Of a stretch of 64,000 nt of DNA, positions 39,139 through 54,420 are shown piece by piece. Position 1 is the stretch's first letter. Each line of letters begins with the position of its first letter. The position numbers and the translations under genes were made by a program. Source of the stretch: the human T2T-CHM13v2.0 reference genome, Homo sapiens; assembly GCF_009914755.1 (NCBI RefSeq), contig NC_060935.1, one strand, 5' to 3'. Under the pieces are notes generated by a model. The model did not search any database. It saw nothing but the letters and a program-made list of their open reading frames with translations, and was not told the origin of the DNA.

Positions 39139-39890
39139 CTTGATCTGTGGAATGGGTCGATCTTCCTGTAATATACCACATGGGAGGGTTGGAGTCACCT
39201 GGGCAGAGGTCCTTACGCAGAAGAGTCCTGGTTCTGGCCCAGCTGCTGATTGCAACCTCTGGCTAATGACTTCCCCCCTCTAAGCCTCAGTTCCCTCATC
39301 TGAAAGAAGGAAATTCTGAACTGGGGGACACGTGAGGTCCTTTCTGGCCCTAGAATCCTATGACTATAAATTTGATTTTCAGGACTCTGGGACAAAGGAG
39401 ATACCCGTACAAAATAAAGGTTTTTCCAAATGAAGAAAAGAAATTCTACCCTACTCAAAAGAAGGGTAAGGGGGAGGTGCTAAGGTTTTAGGTCATTTGC
39501 CTCAGGTCATTCCAAGAGAAGGAATAGGAATTTGAATATAGGCCCTCAAAGACTCAAGGTCCCTGTACTTTTCCTGCCCCATACTGCCACACTCACCCAT
39601 AAAAAATACTACAAAATGCCTTATTATACAAGAGACCTACTAGGCTAAAGAATAAGGCATGAAGGATACACTTAGGCATAGGAGGTTAACCCCCAAAAAG
39701 CCATTATTTGAGAAGTTCCCTGAATTCATTTTTCCCAAATAGATCTAGGATCCTAGCTTAAAAAACATTGCTGTTTATTATAAGGTGAGGAATTGCTGGG
39801 AATTCCCATGAAAAACAAAATCCACTTAATAGTAAAATTTTGTTGTCTTCATCTACATTTACTATGTTTCTTTATGGCAAATTATTTTAA

Positions 39891-40359
<469 letters not shown>

Positions 40360-41154
40360 TAAATCATTATATTCATTAAGATTAAAAATAGGCAGTACAC
40401 TAATTAGGATATGACTATCATTTTATGCATTTCAAATAGGCAATAATGGCTATTACATCTTTAATTTTTATTACCCTGCCTTGTTCATTAGAAGTTTACC
40501 CCCTGCCCACCGCCCCCCCCCGACACACACAACCCCACCCCAAGTTCCAAAGACAGCAGGAAATTGGCTGCCTTGGCTACAAAAATGGGCAAGGGAAAAG
40601 GTACTTTCTCTGGTGTTGGGGCTCTCCCCAAATGCCAAATGTCTGGTGGCTTTTAGGACACAGAGCTGTTAGCTTTGTCCCCAAGGGTCCTGCTGGGGTC
40701 CTAGTCATGTAAGTGATATGTACGTTTTATGCTTGGATGAAACACTCAAATTTCTTTCTCAGGCTCCCTTTTTTGTGTCTGGGTTATAAAACTCCATCAT
40801 CTCTCCCTTCCCCTCACAGCTTCAGGCCAAAGCTTGTGACTTGGCTTCTCACCTGTGCCTTATGGTCCCTCCCCTCTTGAAGAAGCTGCAGAGCTACAGT
40901 TTTTACTCCTCTTCTGCCCTCATCCTTGCCAAGGCTTCAGGGAAAACCTCAACTGTTTGTCTTCAATCTTTCAATCTGTTTATTTCCTTTTCAAATCCCA
41001 TCCCTAAATTCCCTTTTTTTCCCAGAGTACCTCCAGTAGACAAAACAAAGACAGTTAATGAAACTAAAATGCTCATTTGTTGCTGGAAAGTTTTTAAAAG
41101 TATTTATATGCTGGCATTCCGTTGAGGGGAAATTGAGTTAGGAAGGGATTATGG

Positions 41155-41720
41155 CATTATTCATTCATTCACATATTCACTCATTCATTCATATACTGAG
41201 GATTGTTGCTGGATAGAATACAATAATGATTCAGAAGCAAATCCTGCTTTTGGGAAGCTCATAGGCTGGCAAGAAAAACAAGACATAGCCACGGAGAACT
41301 ATAATGTTTGGCAGTTTTGTAAGAGAGATGCAGACAGAACCTAATGTGTGGACAGAGGATGGAGAGATCGCCATGGCTGACAAATCATGGAAGACTGCCT
41401 TGCAGCAGACTTTGTATAAGGTAGGGGACATGGAGACAGGGCAGGTACTCCACATAAGGGAGGAGAGGCATGGGAGGTAAAAGCATGACAAAGAGCAAGT
41501 GTCGAGCTCAGCTTTCCAGCATGTGTAAGCTGTGCAGAGGGAAGTGGAGGACATCACACCCAACAAGAGATGTGGGCCTCAACAGGCTGGGGAATGTGGT
41601 CATTGTTCAGTGAGTAATAGGGAGCCTCTGAGTGCTGTTGAGCAGAGCAGAGATGTGACATAATTGGAGATCTGCTCTAGGAAGATGAATGTGGCAAGCC
41701 TTGCACAATATGAATTGGAA
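41155..41720 (-). mobile_element. L2 3' fragment
   Basis: (ttca)n tail in reverse, followed by L2-like 'gggagcctctgagtgctgttgagcagagcagagatgtgac'. Confidence 0.65.
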
Positions 41721-44504
41721 GTGGAGTTGCCTGGGGGCAGGGAGCTCCTAATTGTGTGCCAGGCATTGGGCAGGCTATTAGGTGCTTTGATGTTATTTAG
41801 CCTTCTAAATAACTGCAGGAGGCAAGCATTATCCTTCCAGACTTGCAGGTGAAGAAAGGAGACTCTGGGGAATCTAAGCTGCTTGCTCCAAATCCCCTAG
41901 TGAGGAAGCAAGGGAGACAAGATCCAAACCCTGTTCTTTTCCTCTCTAGGCAAGTCATAAAGCAAGCTGTAACCCTGTGCATGACACCATGTACCTGACA
42001 CAACCGTCTTTCTTCTCCCAGTGCATCTCCTGGCTGTCCACCGGTATGTGGAGCTTGATCATTTCCTGGGCTGCCTTTCAGGAAGGCCCAGGTGGAATTA
42101 AATGCAGAGTGCCTCTGCTTCTGTTGGATTTCCCCCAAACTGACCACAGATCAAGGAGATAAGATGATGCCTTGAGTTAAGTCAGGTTCCAAAACAACAA
42201 CACTGACTGCAGAGAACTGCAAAGGTAGCAGGAAACCACCCTCCTCTCTGGCAAGGAGTGTTAGTTTTTGTCTTTCCCTTCTCGGCTAAGCCGTGGTACC
42301 CGGAGCAGTGGATACAGAAACCCGGGAGAAAATCTTCTGGATACCCAGGAACCTGCTGGGTCCCTGAAGAATGTCAGTGAGAAACTCAGCGTTCCTGTGC
42401 CCTGGGCTGACCCCCTGTTTAGGGAAGGCAGCCCAGAGGGCTCCTAATGCACTCAGAACTGTATCATCGCACCTGCAGCCTGGAGGAGATGACCTTCCAT
42501 CAAGACGCCTGCTATTAAAACTTTGTTTAAGGAAAATAAAAAGATATCCTCATTCTAAACATGGGACACAGTGATAGGTGTGTTCTGTACTTGACAATCA
42601 AGGGTTCCAGTTTGCTGAGGGGAAGCCTGGCACAGTGGCAAGAGGTGGAGCTTTGGAAGCAGAGTGGGGCTGAATCACAACTCACCCAGTCACCAGCTGT
42701 GCAGCGTTGGCCAAACCACTTAGCTTTTTACATTTCTTTATTATTAAATAGGAATAAAAATAATGGACTAGAGAGAATAAGTACCTGACCCTTAGTATAT
42801 ACATAATAATGTAGAATAATTTCTTCTAGTCTTAAATGTTCAACATCATGGGCATTGCTTTCTCAGGGAGGTAGCTTTCCTCCTCACAAATTTACCAATT
42901 GAAGGAATGAATCTTTAGAGAAAAAATGCTGAAACTACAGCAAGCTATTCCTGTCCTTCAGCTAGCTCTTATGTCCAGTGTCTTATAATTATTCATCTTT
43001 ACAACTTTCTTTTCCACCAGACTGGGAGCTCCTTGAAGACAGTGACCACTATGTCTTCAATTCTCAGCACATAGTTCTTTCTACCTCAGCTACCTTATTT
43101 TGAGATCTGTACAAACTACAGAGTCTGTAGTTCTTCTGGGATTTTTATGCTCCCAGCCTGGTTTGAAGAGTGACTTTAAGCAACACCTTTAGGAGCACAT
43201 CCAATCTTCTGAAAACCATCTCATTATCACGTAAATTATTAGCACAAAATACTTCACCTTGTTACTCTGCGAAGAGCTTTGGTTTCTAATCCAAGCCGAT
43301 TATATGTGCCAGCATTTTCAATAACATCTTAATAATGCCAATCCTCCCAGGCCTCTGGACAGAATCAGACCAGGTGGAGAGATCCAGAGTTCAAAGGCAT
43401 CCTGAAGGGGCATGGCAGCGGGGGAAGAAACGAAGCATCAAAATTGGATTCAAATCCTGGCTGTGCAGTTGGGACAAGCCAGCATAGTGCCTGGGATCAG
43501 GATAAATGCTCAGTAAAGGTTAATACCCTTCTCCTGACTCCTGAGAAAAGTAAAGAAATAAAACTTGTTGCAAATAAACAGGGAGAGAAGATCCACCACA
43601 TTCCTGAGTCCATTTAGAATATGGATTTTTTTTTAAGCCTTTCTAAGGACTGGATGAAGCAGGTTATTTCACTTTAATTATGGCAGCTGCAGCTGCTGCT
43701 TGTGGACTCAAAGACCAATTTTCACATTAAAAAGGGGAAAAAAAAAACATCCACACCCACACACAAACTCACCGAGAAACTTCACTGCATACACAGAAGA
43801 GCATCTCCTTCAGAGAGCACGTCAGTGAGGTGGAAAAATCTGGAATGCCCTGTTCTAGACACTCAGAGCCCAGTGGAAATCCCTGTGCGTGCTCACCCCT
43901 GCCTCTCCTCCCACCTTGCCTCCTCTCTGTCCTGAACGTCAAAGAGCAGCTCGTGAGCCACACAGCGTAATGGAATGTTTCTCGGTGAGCAGCTGCATAT
44001 TTTTAATGCACACAAGGGGAAATAAAGGCAGCAGATGGTTTTATGTAATCTTCCTATGAATTTTGAACTGAGAGTCCTCATTCATGAAGACTTGAAAAGG
44101 TTTTGTTGTTTTTTTTCTTTTTTTACACGTCCTCTGTGGGTCAAGCCAACCAGCTCTGGACATGCCCTGGTGAGGCTGTGTGTGTTTGCCTCTGCCAGGG
44201 CAGGGAAGCTGAGAGGAGCCTGCTTGCCTTCTTCTGGCCTGGTTTCCACTCCGTGTTCTTTCTTGTGGTTCTTTGTCTGTGAACACACGAGTGGTCCTCA
44301 ACGTTCTCAGTGTTCACAATGGAAAACTCAAGGCAAACTCATGAATCCTTCATAGGCATAGGTGTGCTATGAAAATCTGAACCTTATGTTCAGTCTTATG
44401 TTTGAAATGACTGAGGATCTGTGCTATGGCAGGGACATCTGTCAGCGAGAGGGTCAAGGGGAACAGGTGGGGCAGATGCACCAGTGTAAGAGAAAAGATA
44501 ACAG

Positions 44505-45436
44505 TTCCCACTTTTAAGTGAGAGCATGCAGCGTTTGGTTTTCTGTTCCTGTGTTAGTTTGCTGAGGATAATGGCTTCCAGCTCCATCCGTGTTCCTGAA
44601 AAGGACATTATCTCGTTCCTTTTTTATGGCTGCATAGTATTCCATGGTGTATATGTACAACATTTTTTTTCATCCAGTCTATCATTGATGGGCATTTGGG
44701 TTGGTTCCGTGTCTTTGCTATTGTGAATAGTGCTGCAATAAACATATGTGTGCATGTATCTTTATAATAGAATGATTTATATTCCTTTGGGTATATACTC
44801 AGTAATGGGTTTGTTGGGTCAAATGGTGTTTCTTGTTCTAGATCCTTGAAGAATTGCCACACTGTCTTCCACAATGGTTGAACCAAGTTACATTCCCACC
44901 AACAATGTAAAAGCATTCCTATTTCTCCACAGCCTTGCCAGAATCTGTTGTTCTTGACATTTTAATAACTGCCGTCTGACTGGTGTGAGATGGTATCTCA
45001 TTGGGATTTTGATTTGCATTTCTCTAATGATCAGTGATGTTGAGCTTTTTTTATACATTTGCTGGCTGCATAAATGTCTTCTTCTAGAAGTGTCTGTTCA
45101 TGTCCTTTGCACACTTTTTGATAGGGTTGTTTTTTTCTTGTAAATTTGTTGAAGTTCCTTGTAGGTTCTGGATATTAGGCCTTTGTCAGATGGGTAGATT
45201 GGGAGCTGAACAATGAGAACACATGAACGCAGGGAGGGAAACAACATACATTGGGGCCTGTCAGGGGGTTTGGGGAGGGAGAGCATCAGGATAAATAGCT
45301 AATGCATGTGGGGATTAATAACTAGGTGATGGGTTGACAGGTGCAGCACACCGCCATGGCACACGTCTACCTGTGTAACAAACCTGCACATCCTGCACAT
45401 GTATCCCAGAACTTAAATAAAATTAAATATAGAAAA
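44505..45436 (+). mobile_element. 5'-truncated L1PA (about PA10-13) with a twin-priming 5' inversion (44505-45199 minus, 45200-45436 plus)
   Basis: Inverted ORF2-end/3' UTR segment joined to a sense 3' UTR and A tail; TSD aaaa(g/a)ataacag at 44493-44504 / 45437-45448. Confidence 0.92.
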
Positions 45437-46124
45437 AAAAAATAACAGGCTCTCATCTGAGAAAGATCGTGTGTTTAGAGGATATGCAAGAACTGCCTGT
45501 AAAAATGGCCTAACAAGAAGCACTGGCAGGGGAGAAAACTGTTCTCAAATAGCCACAAGTGCTAAAAAGCAGCCTGATGAAGTTTATGCTATCTGTGGAG
45601 AATTTTATCAATTTTCTGAAACTTGCTTTTATTTAAGCAATGTCCACCTTTAACCCCTTCAAGCACATCATCAAAAATTCTGGGATTTAAAAGTGCAGGA
45701 CTAACACTAAGTCTAGTTCGCAACCACTGGAGTTGTCCCAGACCTCTGGGCCTCTGCTCAGAGGTCAGTGCTATTTCTAAAATGCAAACCTGACCCTCCT
45801 GTTCCCGGCTCAAAGCCCTTATTGCTCCCCTATTGTCACTGGGGGAGAAGAAATCCAAACTCTCCCCTATAGCAAGCAGTTCTTTTCACTGTCCAGCCTG
45901 GCCACCTTTCCAGCCCAGTCCCTGGCCATTCTCACCCCAGACCTTGTATGCTCCAGCTAAACCACAGTGTTTTTAACACCCCACTGTCTTCCATGGCTCT
46001 TCCTTTGGCCTCAGATGCCCCTGTAGTGCTTATCCACTAGTTTCCCTGGGCAGCACCCCATCATATTCTGGTGAAGCATCTCCCCTCTCCTGGGAACCCT
46101 TTTTCCCACTGCTCCCACCACGTG

Positions 46125-46495
46125 GGTTGTGACAGTCATAGGTGCTGTGCGTCAATTATTTCTGGCTCTCTACTTTCCAGGTACACGGTGAGAATGTCCA
46201 CCCTGATAGGGCCATGTCACTAACTGTGGTGTGAGTTGTGAGCAGAAGTGTACCACTTTCAGGTGTTAGATTTAACTGCCAATACAAGACCCTCCAGAGC
46301 TCTCTTTCAGCACAGTTGGGATGGCTTGTCAGTCTGGGTCCCTGGGGACTACAATAAGCAGAAACCCCTCTCCTCTCACCATCTCTATTGCCCATAGAAG
46401 ATGTGGAGTGTAAGACAGGATGAACTCCTTGTTGCTATCAATTCTCTATGATTTAGAGGATGATTTGTACCCAGCATGGACTGACTGATCTGACA
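46125..46495 (+). mobile_element. MLT1J-type LTR
   Basis: 'gggccatgtcact...tgagcagaagtg...tttaactgccaatacaagaccctccagagctctcttt'. Confidence 0.65.
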
Positions 46496-46769
46496 GATTC
46501 ATGGGTCCCATGACGATTGTCATGGTCTTAAACAATCCTGCCTCACTGGCTGTCATTGATTGGTTCAGGGCTGGGCACCTTAACAACGCCGAGTTAGTCA
46601 TCGTTCCAGACCCGGTTTCTTCCCTTGAGGAGACCAGAACCTGATCAAAGATGAACCAATTAGAATTCTTCCCTGGGATTTCTGAAATCAGTAAGTGAAG
46701 GAAGAATGTAGTATCTAGTAGTGCAAATGGTAAGATGCAAAAACTGAGAGCAGTTGGTGGCCATGTGGG

Positions 46770-47505
<736 letters not shown>

Positions 47506-47702
47506 GAGTGAGGAAAGCACGTCTGCAGTGAGAGAAGGAAGCTTACACGCCTAAGAAAAGCAGACTGGAGCAGCAGAAAGGGTCAGAAAAAATCTAAACA
47601 GAATTAGAGTTCCAATTACAATTCTCCTGCATCTCTGCCTTTTCTCTGGCTGGAGGGTTCATCTGCTTCTTGGATTCTTGAGATGGTATTATGTCCTCCT
47701 GC

Positions 47703-48058
47703 TTTTTTTTGAGACTGGGTCTCCCATGACTCCCAGACTAGAGTGTGGTGCCATGATCTTAGCTCACTGCATGCAGCCTCTGCCTCCTGAGGCTCAAGCA
47801 AGTCTCCCACCTCAGCCTCCTGAGTAGCTGATGTGTACCACCATGCTGGCTACTTTTTTTGTAATTTTAGTAGACATGAGGTCTCTACTAAAGACCAGAG
47901 GCATACACCACCATGCTGGCTATTTTTTTGTAGTTTTAGTAGAGATGAGGTCTTGCCACATTGCCCAGACTGGTCTCGAACTCCTGAGCTCAAGCAATCC
48001 ACCTGTCTCGGCCTCCCTCCCAAAGTGCTAGGATTACAGGCGTGAGCCACCGTGCTCA
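47703..48058 (-). mobile_element. AluJ with internal duplication/fold-back rearrangement
   Basis: J-type 'ctcctgagctcaagcaatcc'; central 48 bp present twice. Confidence 0.88.
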
Positions 48059-49209
48059 GTCCTTTCTGTTTTGAGTATGATGGTTTGGAGGGATGATGGT
48101 TCTGTGACTTCAAGCCAAGAATCCTAATGAACATTTTTATAATATTTAATAATGATCACGATCATCACCTTAAAGTTACGAAAATGAGTAATATGAATGG
48201 ATCCATGTACTGGTGAATGGACTAGACCGGTAGCTGATGGACAAACAGGCCCACTGCTTCTAAATGCTGTCCAAACATGTCCCCAGAAGACAGAGACAAG
48301 GTCCCTCCTGTCTGGCTGCAATAGCCTTCATACATTCACACAGTTTGATCCTCCTGGTGTTTTCTTTAATCTAGTAACAGTCAGAATAAAACCTGAAAAG
48401 GATTTTCTTCTGCACAGTTATGCCTTTCTTCCCAATCCAAACACAACTGCATGCCTGGCCCCTTGAAATGCTCCAAAACAAAACAAGAAAGCCCAGCCAA
48501 ATCCCTCATCGTGTTTTATGTTATTTTCTTGGCTGTACAAACTTAGGAACCCTTTGTTTCTTCTGCTCCGTCCTTGGACTTTTCCTTCCCACATTCACCT
48601 CTGTCCAGAGCTGCTATATCAGCAGCAAGGGCTCCCAGCTAGCAGAGGGGGAGAGGGGTACTCTGAGGGAACGCAAGCTGGAACTGATTAACCATCTCAG
48701 ACTTCAGCTGAAGGCCCCCTGAAGCAATTTACCAGCCTCCTGGAATAACCATTGAACACAGGCCCTCACGGGAAGAATGTGGCTGGATAACAGGGTATGG
48801 CTTATAGGTTTGGTCTTGCAGAGCAGAAGATCATTGTTCAAGGTACATTTGAGCCTCTGGGACAGCCACCATAGTATGAATGAACAGAATCATTATACCT
48901 TGATGATCTGTAAAAGGCAAGATCCTAGCTCTTCTCTGAAGGACTAGGGACAGCAATGATACTCCTGAGCAAGATTTGATGACTACAGTGTTGTAGACTT
49001 TACCGCCCCCTCCCCAAAGTAAAACAGGCTCTTGATTTTTCCTCATTTATTCTATTCAGGAGACCTTATAAAACATGATGGTTTTTATCAAGCTGCCAGC
49101 TGGCTGATCAGAGAAATTAGAAAAGAGCAAGAGTTTTCTAGAACAGGTGGGGGCCAACTCAGCTTTGAACAAAAGCGGGTGGGTGGGAGTGCGCAGGCTG
49201 AATGGACGC

Positions 49210-49715
49210 TTTGCCAGACACTTGTCTATTTGCTCCCAGATCCACTCCCCACACTGGCCTGCTCTGCTGTGCTCTGCAGGGAGCTACATTTCTCAGGTTC
49301 CCTTGCTGACTGGCTTCCGGGCAGGTTGGGCTAAAGAAAGTCCCTGACAGAAGATTGGAGATGAGCAGACAGCAGCCAGGGTATCTTCACCTCTTACTTT
49401 GTCTTCGACAACATCCCTGGCAGTGGCCACATAACCCCCGTGGCTTCAGGTCCTGACAGTCACCCTACAAAATGATTCTAGCTCCTGCTGGATTATCCCA
49501 GCTTCTGGGATCTGGAACTATCACCTCCTCTTATTGTCCCTCCAGCCTTGGTTGCTGTCATTGGTTGCTGTCATTGGTGATTTCTGGGCTGAAATACGTA
49601 CTGTTTAGCTTCTTAGCTGTTTTGTCAACTGTTTGACCAGTTCTTTACATTAAATTCTCTCAATGGAAAGGTCGAGAGGGGTTTCTTTTTTCCTGCCTAA
49701 ACTCTGACTGATAAA
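49210..49715 (+). mobile_element. LTR33-like ERVL LTR
   Basis: 'ctacatttctcaggttcccttgctgactggcttccgggcaggttgg...cattaaattctctc...ctgactgata'. Confidence 0.7.
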
Positions 49716-51009
49716 CGTGCTGAGAAAGACTCTGCAGGCAGGAGCGTCACTCTGTAGCCTCCAGGACAGTGAATATGCAAAGACTCTCAGTGCTTGGGCT
49801 GGGATAAAGAGCCCCTTACAGCACTGACTGCTGCACTGAAGCCCAAGAGGGAAGAGTGATAGGTGGGGCCACTGTGAGACTGGGGAGGCAGCCCTGGAAG
49901 GAGAAATGGGGGACACAAAAGCAGGTTTTTGCTTCTTTCCCCCGTAGGTCCGGTCAGCTTGCATGGGACTTTTTTTGCTGTTGGTTGATAAACTAATGTG
50001 GGAGAGGCCATCAGTAAGTCAGTGAATGCCAAGGATCCTGGCTGTGACACTTCAGAAAGCTTGGTCAGGTTAGGGTGTTTGAGGCACTGCAGGAAAGCTG
50101 GAGTCTAATGAAACTGAGGCAGACCAAGAAAGACACCTGTCAGTAGATTGGTGAAACACTGACATCTTAATGGGATGTGACTTTCTTTAGTCATGTCTGT
50201 GTAGCTACCTGCAACTGTAGAGGGTAGCATTGTCCTTCTAAACCCAGTGGGTGGGGAAAGTCATTCTTTATTGAGAGAAGAAGGGGTCAGGAATACAATG
50301 AGAAGACATTTTAGTGACTGCTGAGAGACAGGGCATCCTTTGTCAGTGAGAAAGAATTTGGATGTGAAAAAAAGTATCTATAAACAGACCGACACAGGCT
50401 GGGACTGAGAAAGAGACAAGGGCAAAATAAAGCCCACTAGAAATGAAGGGACAAAGACTTGCAAGCTCTCCATGGAGCAGGCCCCTCGGGTGGTGGGCCA
50501 GCTTCCCAGCAGAGGTCAGCTTCCCACTGTCAGAACAGGGGACTCTGGAATCCCAGAGCCAGGACACATTTGCTTTTTGCTTCTGCTCAGGCCCTTGTCA
50601 CAGGTGGCCTTTTATTGACTGACCCAAGTGTCCCAGACAAATGTCGCCCACAGGAACTGAAAGGACCACCAGGTGCAGAACAGCAGGGCTGTTAATGAAC
50701 TGCCGCATGCCTCACCTCCCGGGAAACCTCTCTTGGTTCCAGGGAGGAAACCAATGCCGAGACTCCAGTGCAGACTTGCTTGCCACCTCGCCATCCCCAC
50801 CCACCTTCTCAGACCTCACGTGCCCACCCACGCAGACACACGTGCTTATTTCTACCTTGGTGAAGCTGAACGCATTTGTCAGGGGAGAAGCCAAGTTGGA
50901 AAACAAAGAGTCCTTTCTGGAGACGAAAAAAAAAACAAGAAAATTTGGAGGTTACATATGTTCCCCCACTTCATTTTTTTCTAATTTTAAAAAAGTCTCC
51001 TGTTTTTTA

Positions 51010-51420
51010 ATAAAAATTTTAAACCAGTTAGAGATTATAGAAAAATTGCCACGATAGCACAGACCTGCTATACCTAACACCTAGTTTTCCCCATATTAAC
51101 ACCTTTCATCAGTATGGTTCATTTGTTATAATGAATGAACCAATATTGAAACATTATTATTAAATGAAGTCCATGATTTATTCAGATTTCTTTCGTTTTT
51201 CCCTAATGTCTTCTGCTCTGGAATCCCATGCAGGACACATTACATTTAGTCATCATGTGTCCTCAGGCTCCTCTTGGCTATGACAATTTTTTAGATGTTC
51301 TTTGTTTTTGATGGCCTTGACTGTTAGTGTGAGTATTGGAAAGGTTTTTGTAGGATGCCCCACTATTGGAATTTGTCTAATGTTCTTCTCATGATAAGAC
51401 TGGGGTTGTGAACTATTGGG
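51010..51420 (-). mobile_element. L1MC (L1MC3-like) 3' UTR fragment
   Basis: 'atgaaccaatattgaaacattattattaa...ttacatttagtcatcatgtgtcctcaggctcctcttggc'. Confidence 0.75.
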
Positions 51421-51559
51421 ATGAACTGTCCCTTATGTTTTTAACCATTTTTTGGTTGCAAAAGCCATGACTGTACTCCTACTGGGCCCCTGGCCAAAAG
51501 CTCAGGGAGCAGCCTTGGTAGACAGGTTCTGCCATCCTGGCAGCATCTACGCAGTCTCT

Positions 51560-52088
51560 GCTAGCTTCCACCTTCAGAAGACCAAAAAGCCCTCATAGTC
51601 TATCCACAACCTACTTCTCCAGCATCAAGTCCTGAATTTTCTTTCTATCTTCCACACCAGATTTGCTTGCAGTTTTCCAAACATGCCCATATCCTTTCAT
51701 AGTTTCATGTCTATACTTTTGCTGTTTCTTCTGCCAAAAATGCCATTCTTCCCCTTGGCTAACTTAAAACTCCCCTCAGAAGTCAGAGCCTAGCACAAAA
51801 TCCTCCTCTTGGGAGCCTTCTTTGATCCACCACTCCAAATGTAATTGAACCCTGTCTTCTCTGTGCCAACACTGCACATTCCTGTCCATTCTTAACCACC
51901 CTGCTTACCACCCTAGCACCCTTCAGCATTGGACATTGTATGTTCATTAACTTGTTTATTGTTTGTCTCCTCTGCCAGAATAGAAGCCTCATGACATTGG
52001 TCTGTTTTGTTTATTGCTACATTGAAAGGACAGTGCTTGACACACAGCAGGCACTCAATTATTAATATTTGCTGAATGAATGAGTGAT
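51560..52088 (+). mobile_element. L2 3' end
   Basis: Ends 'acacagcaggcactcaat...atttgctgaatgaatga'. Confidence 0.75.
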
Positions 52089-52110
52089 ACTGCTGGAGCA
52101 TTTCCTACAC

Positions 52111-52376
<266 letters not shown>

Positions 52377-53389
52377 TAGACTATGAACTTCTCGAGGAAG
52401 GACCAGATATAGATCCTGTTTAATGAAGGAAGGCTTGACAAAGAAGCTGGCATTTTAGCCACACCTTGAAGACCATTTCAGGACACGCTGGTCATCCTTA
52501 GCCACTGTTCCTTCTTTCAGGACATCACCCCACACTCTCTGGAGGAGTATCTCCATGTGGCTGGAAGAGACATACGGTGTATTATGCAAGGTCTTCTCCA
52601 GAAGTTTAGAATCTAAGAGCTTCGAAGCAGTGGCAAGGCCCCTGTCTTTCTAGACTAGACTTCCGATCTTGAACACTGCCCCTGCTCTATTATTGGGTGG
52701 TCAGGGCCATCTCCAAGAACCGTCCCCAATAACTAATTTGATAAGGCAGAAACAGCAGCAGCTCTGAAACCCAAGGAGTGGGGTCCAGCCTCTGCCTGTG
52801 GCTAGCTTGGGAACCATGGACAACCTCTCTGAGCCTTAGTTCCTTCACCCGATAATGGAAATAACATTAATACTTACAATGCTATTAGAGGCTTACTGTG
52901 AGGACCTACTGAAAAACAAATAGCAAATCACTTTATAAAAGTCAAGTGTGATCTAAGGCATTTTTTACTGTCATCAGCAGCAAGTATCCCAGGCCTCATG
53001 TTTTCTGAGCCCTGTGACATTTGGCCAATGACAATGGAGACAGGCAGTGGGCAGGGAGATGAGAGCTACCAGGTAGAGTTTTAAAGGCAAGTTACTGGGC
53101 CTTTGGACTAAGATCAAAATCAAGTGTGTAATACACACATATAAGCCAACCACATGTTTATGGTACAATAGCTTTGTCTTCTGGCTGCCTAACAAGAGCC
53201 CTTAGGCTGAGGGCTGCACATCCACCTTGGATGTTTCTGTCAGCCCACCGGACTCACTGGGGTTGGGGAAAAGGTATGTGTTACCTGGGGAAACCCACTT
53301 CCAACCTTGGCTGGGGATTCTGCATGCTGATTCTATAACTTAACAAAAATGAAAGTTAATTTTATTTTATAATTCTGCATAACATAAAA

Positions 53390-53665
53390 GAAAGAAAATA
53401 AAGTAAAAGGGACATGGAACTGGCAAAATATTTGTAGCATGGAAGATAGAAGAGGGTTAATATTCATTTGATAAATATTTGGTGCAAATTGATGAGGGAA
53501 AAAAATTCAGGACCACAGCAAATAAATTGCAAACAGACATGGCTGGGTTATTCAAGAAATATGTTAAGTGAATGCACACATGGAAATAATGTTCAGTTTC
53601 TCTAGTAATCAAAGAAATACAAATTAGAGCAAAAATAAAATACCATTACACCTAAATTAGTAATT
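53390..53665 (+). mobile_element. Old L1M ORF2 fragment
   Basis: 'ctagtaatcaaagaaatacaaatt...ataccatt'. Confidence 0.6.
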
Positions 53666-54018
53666 TTTTTTTTTTTAATTTAAAGGGCTGAGATGATGGG
53701 GAAAGGTCAGTGTGCATTGAAGGCAGTCATTGAAGAGTATTTACTTATCACCTATCATGTACCAGCCATGACTTCAGGCATTCTGGATAAAATAATCAGA
53801 CATGATCCTTAGCATCAGGGGGCTTACATCCAGGGCATCTACTTTCTGGCTGCGTGACCTCAGCCAAGTTATTCAACATCTCTGCGCTTCTGATGTCCTT
53901 ATCTGTCAAATACAGATCATGATACCCACCCTCAGAGCAGTTGTGGCAATTTGTGACAATTATAAATCTTCTTCACCTGCTTACTCATTTGATTCACCCA
54001 GCTCTGAAGCCTAAGTTA

Positions 54019-54420
<402 letters not shown>

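Noticed and set aside
42291-42545. Possible terminal exon with ATTAAA/AATAAA
   Set aside because: Weak AAG acceptor and no independent support
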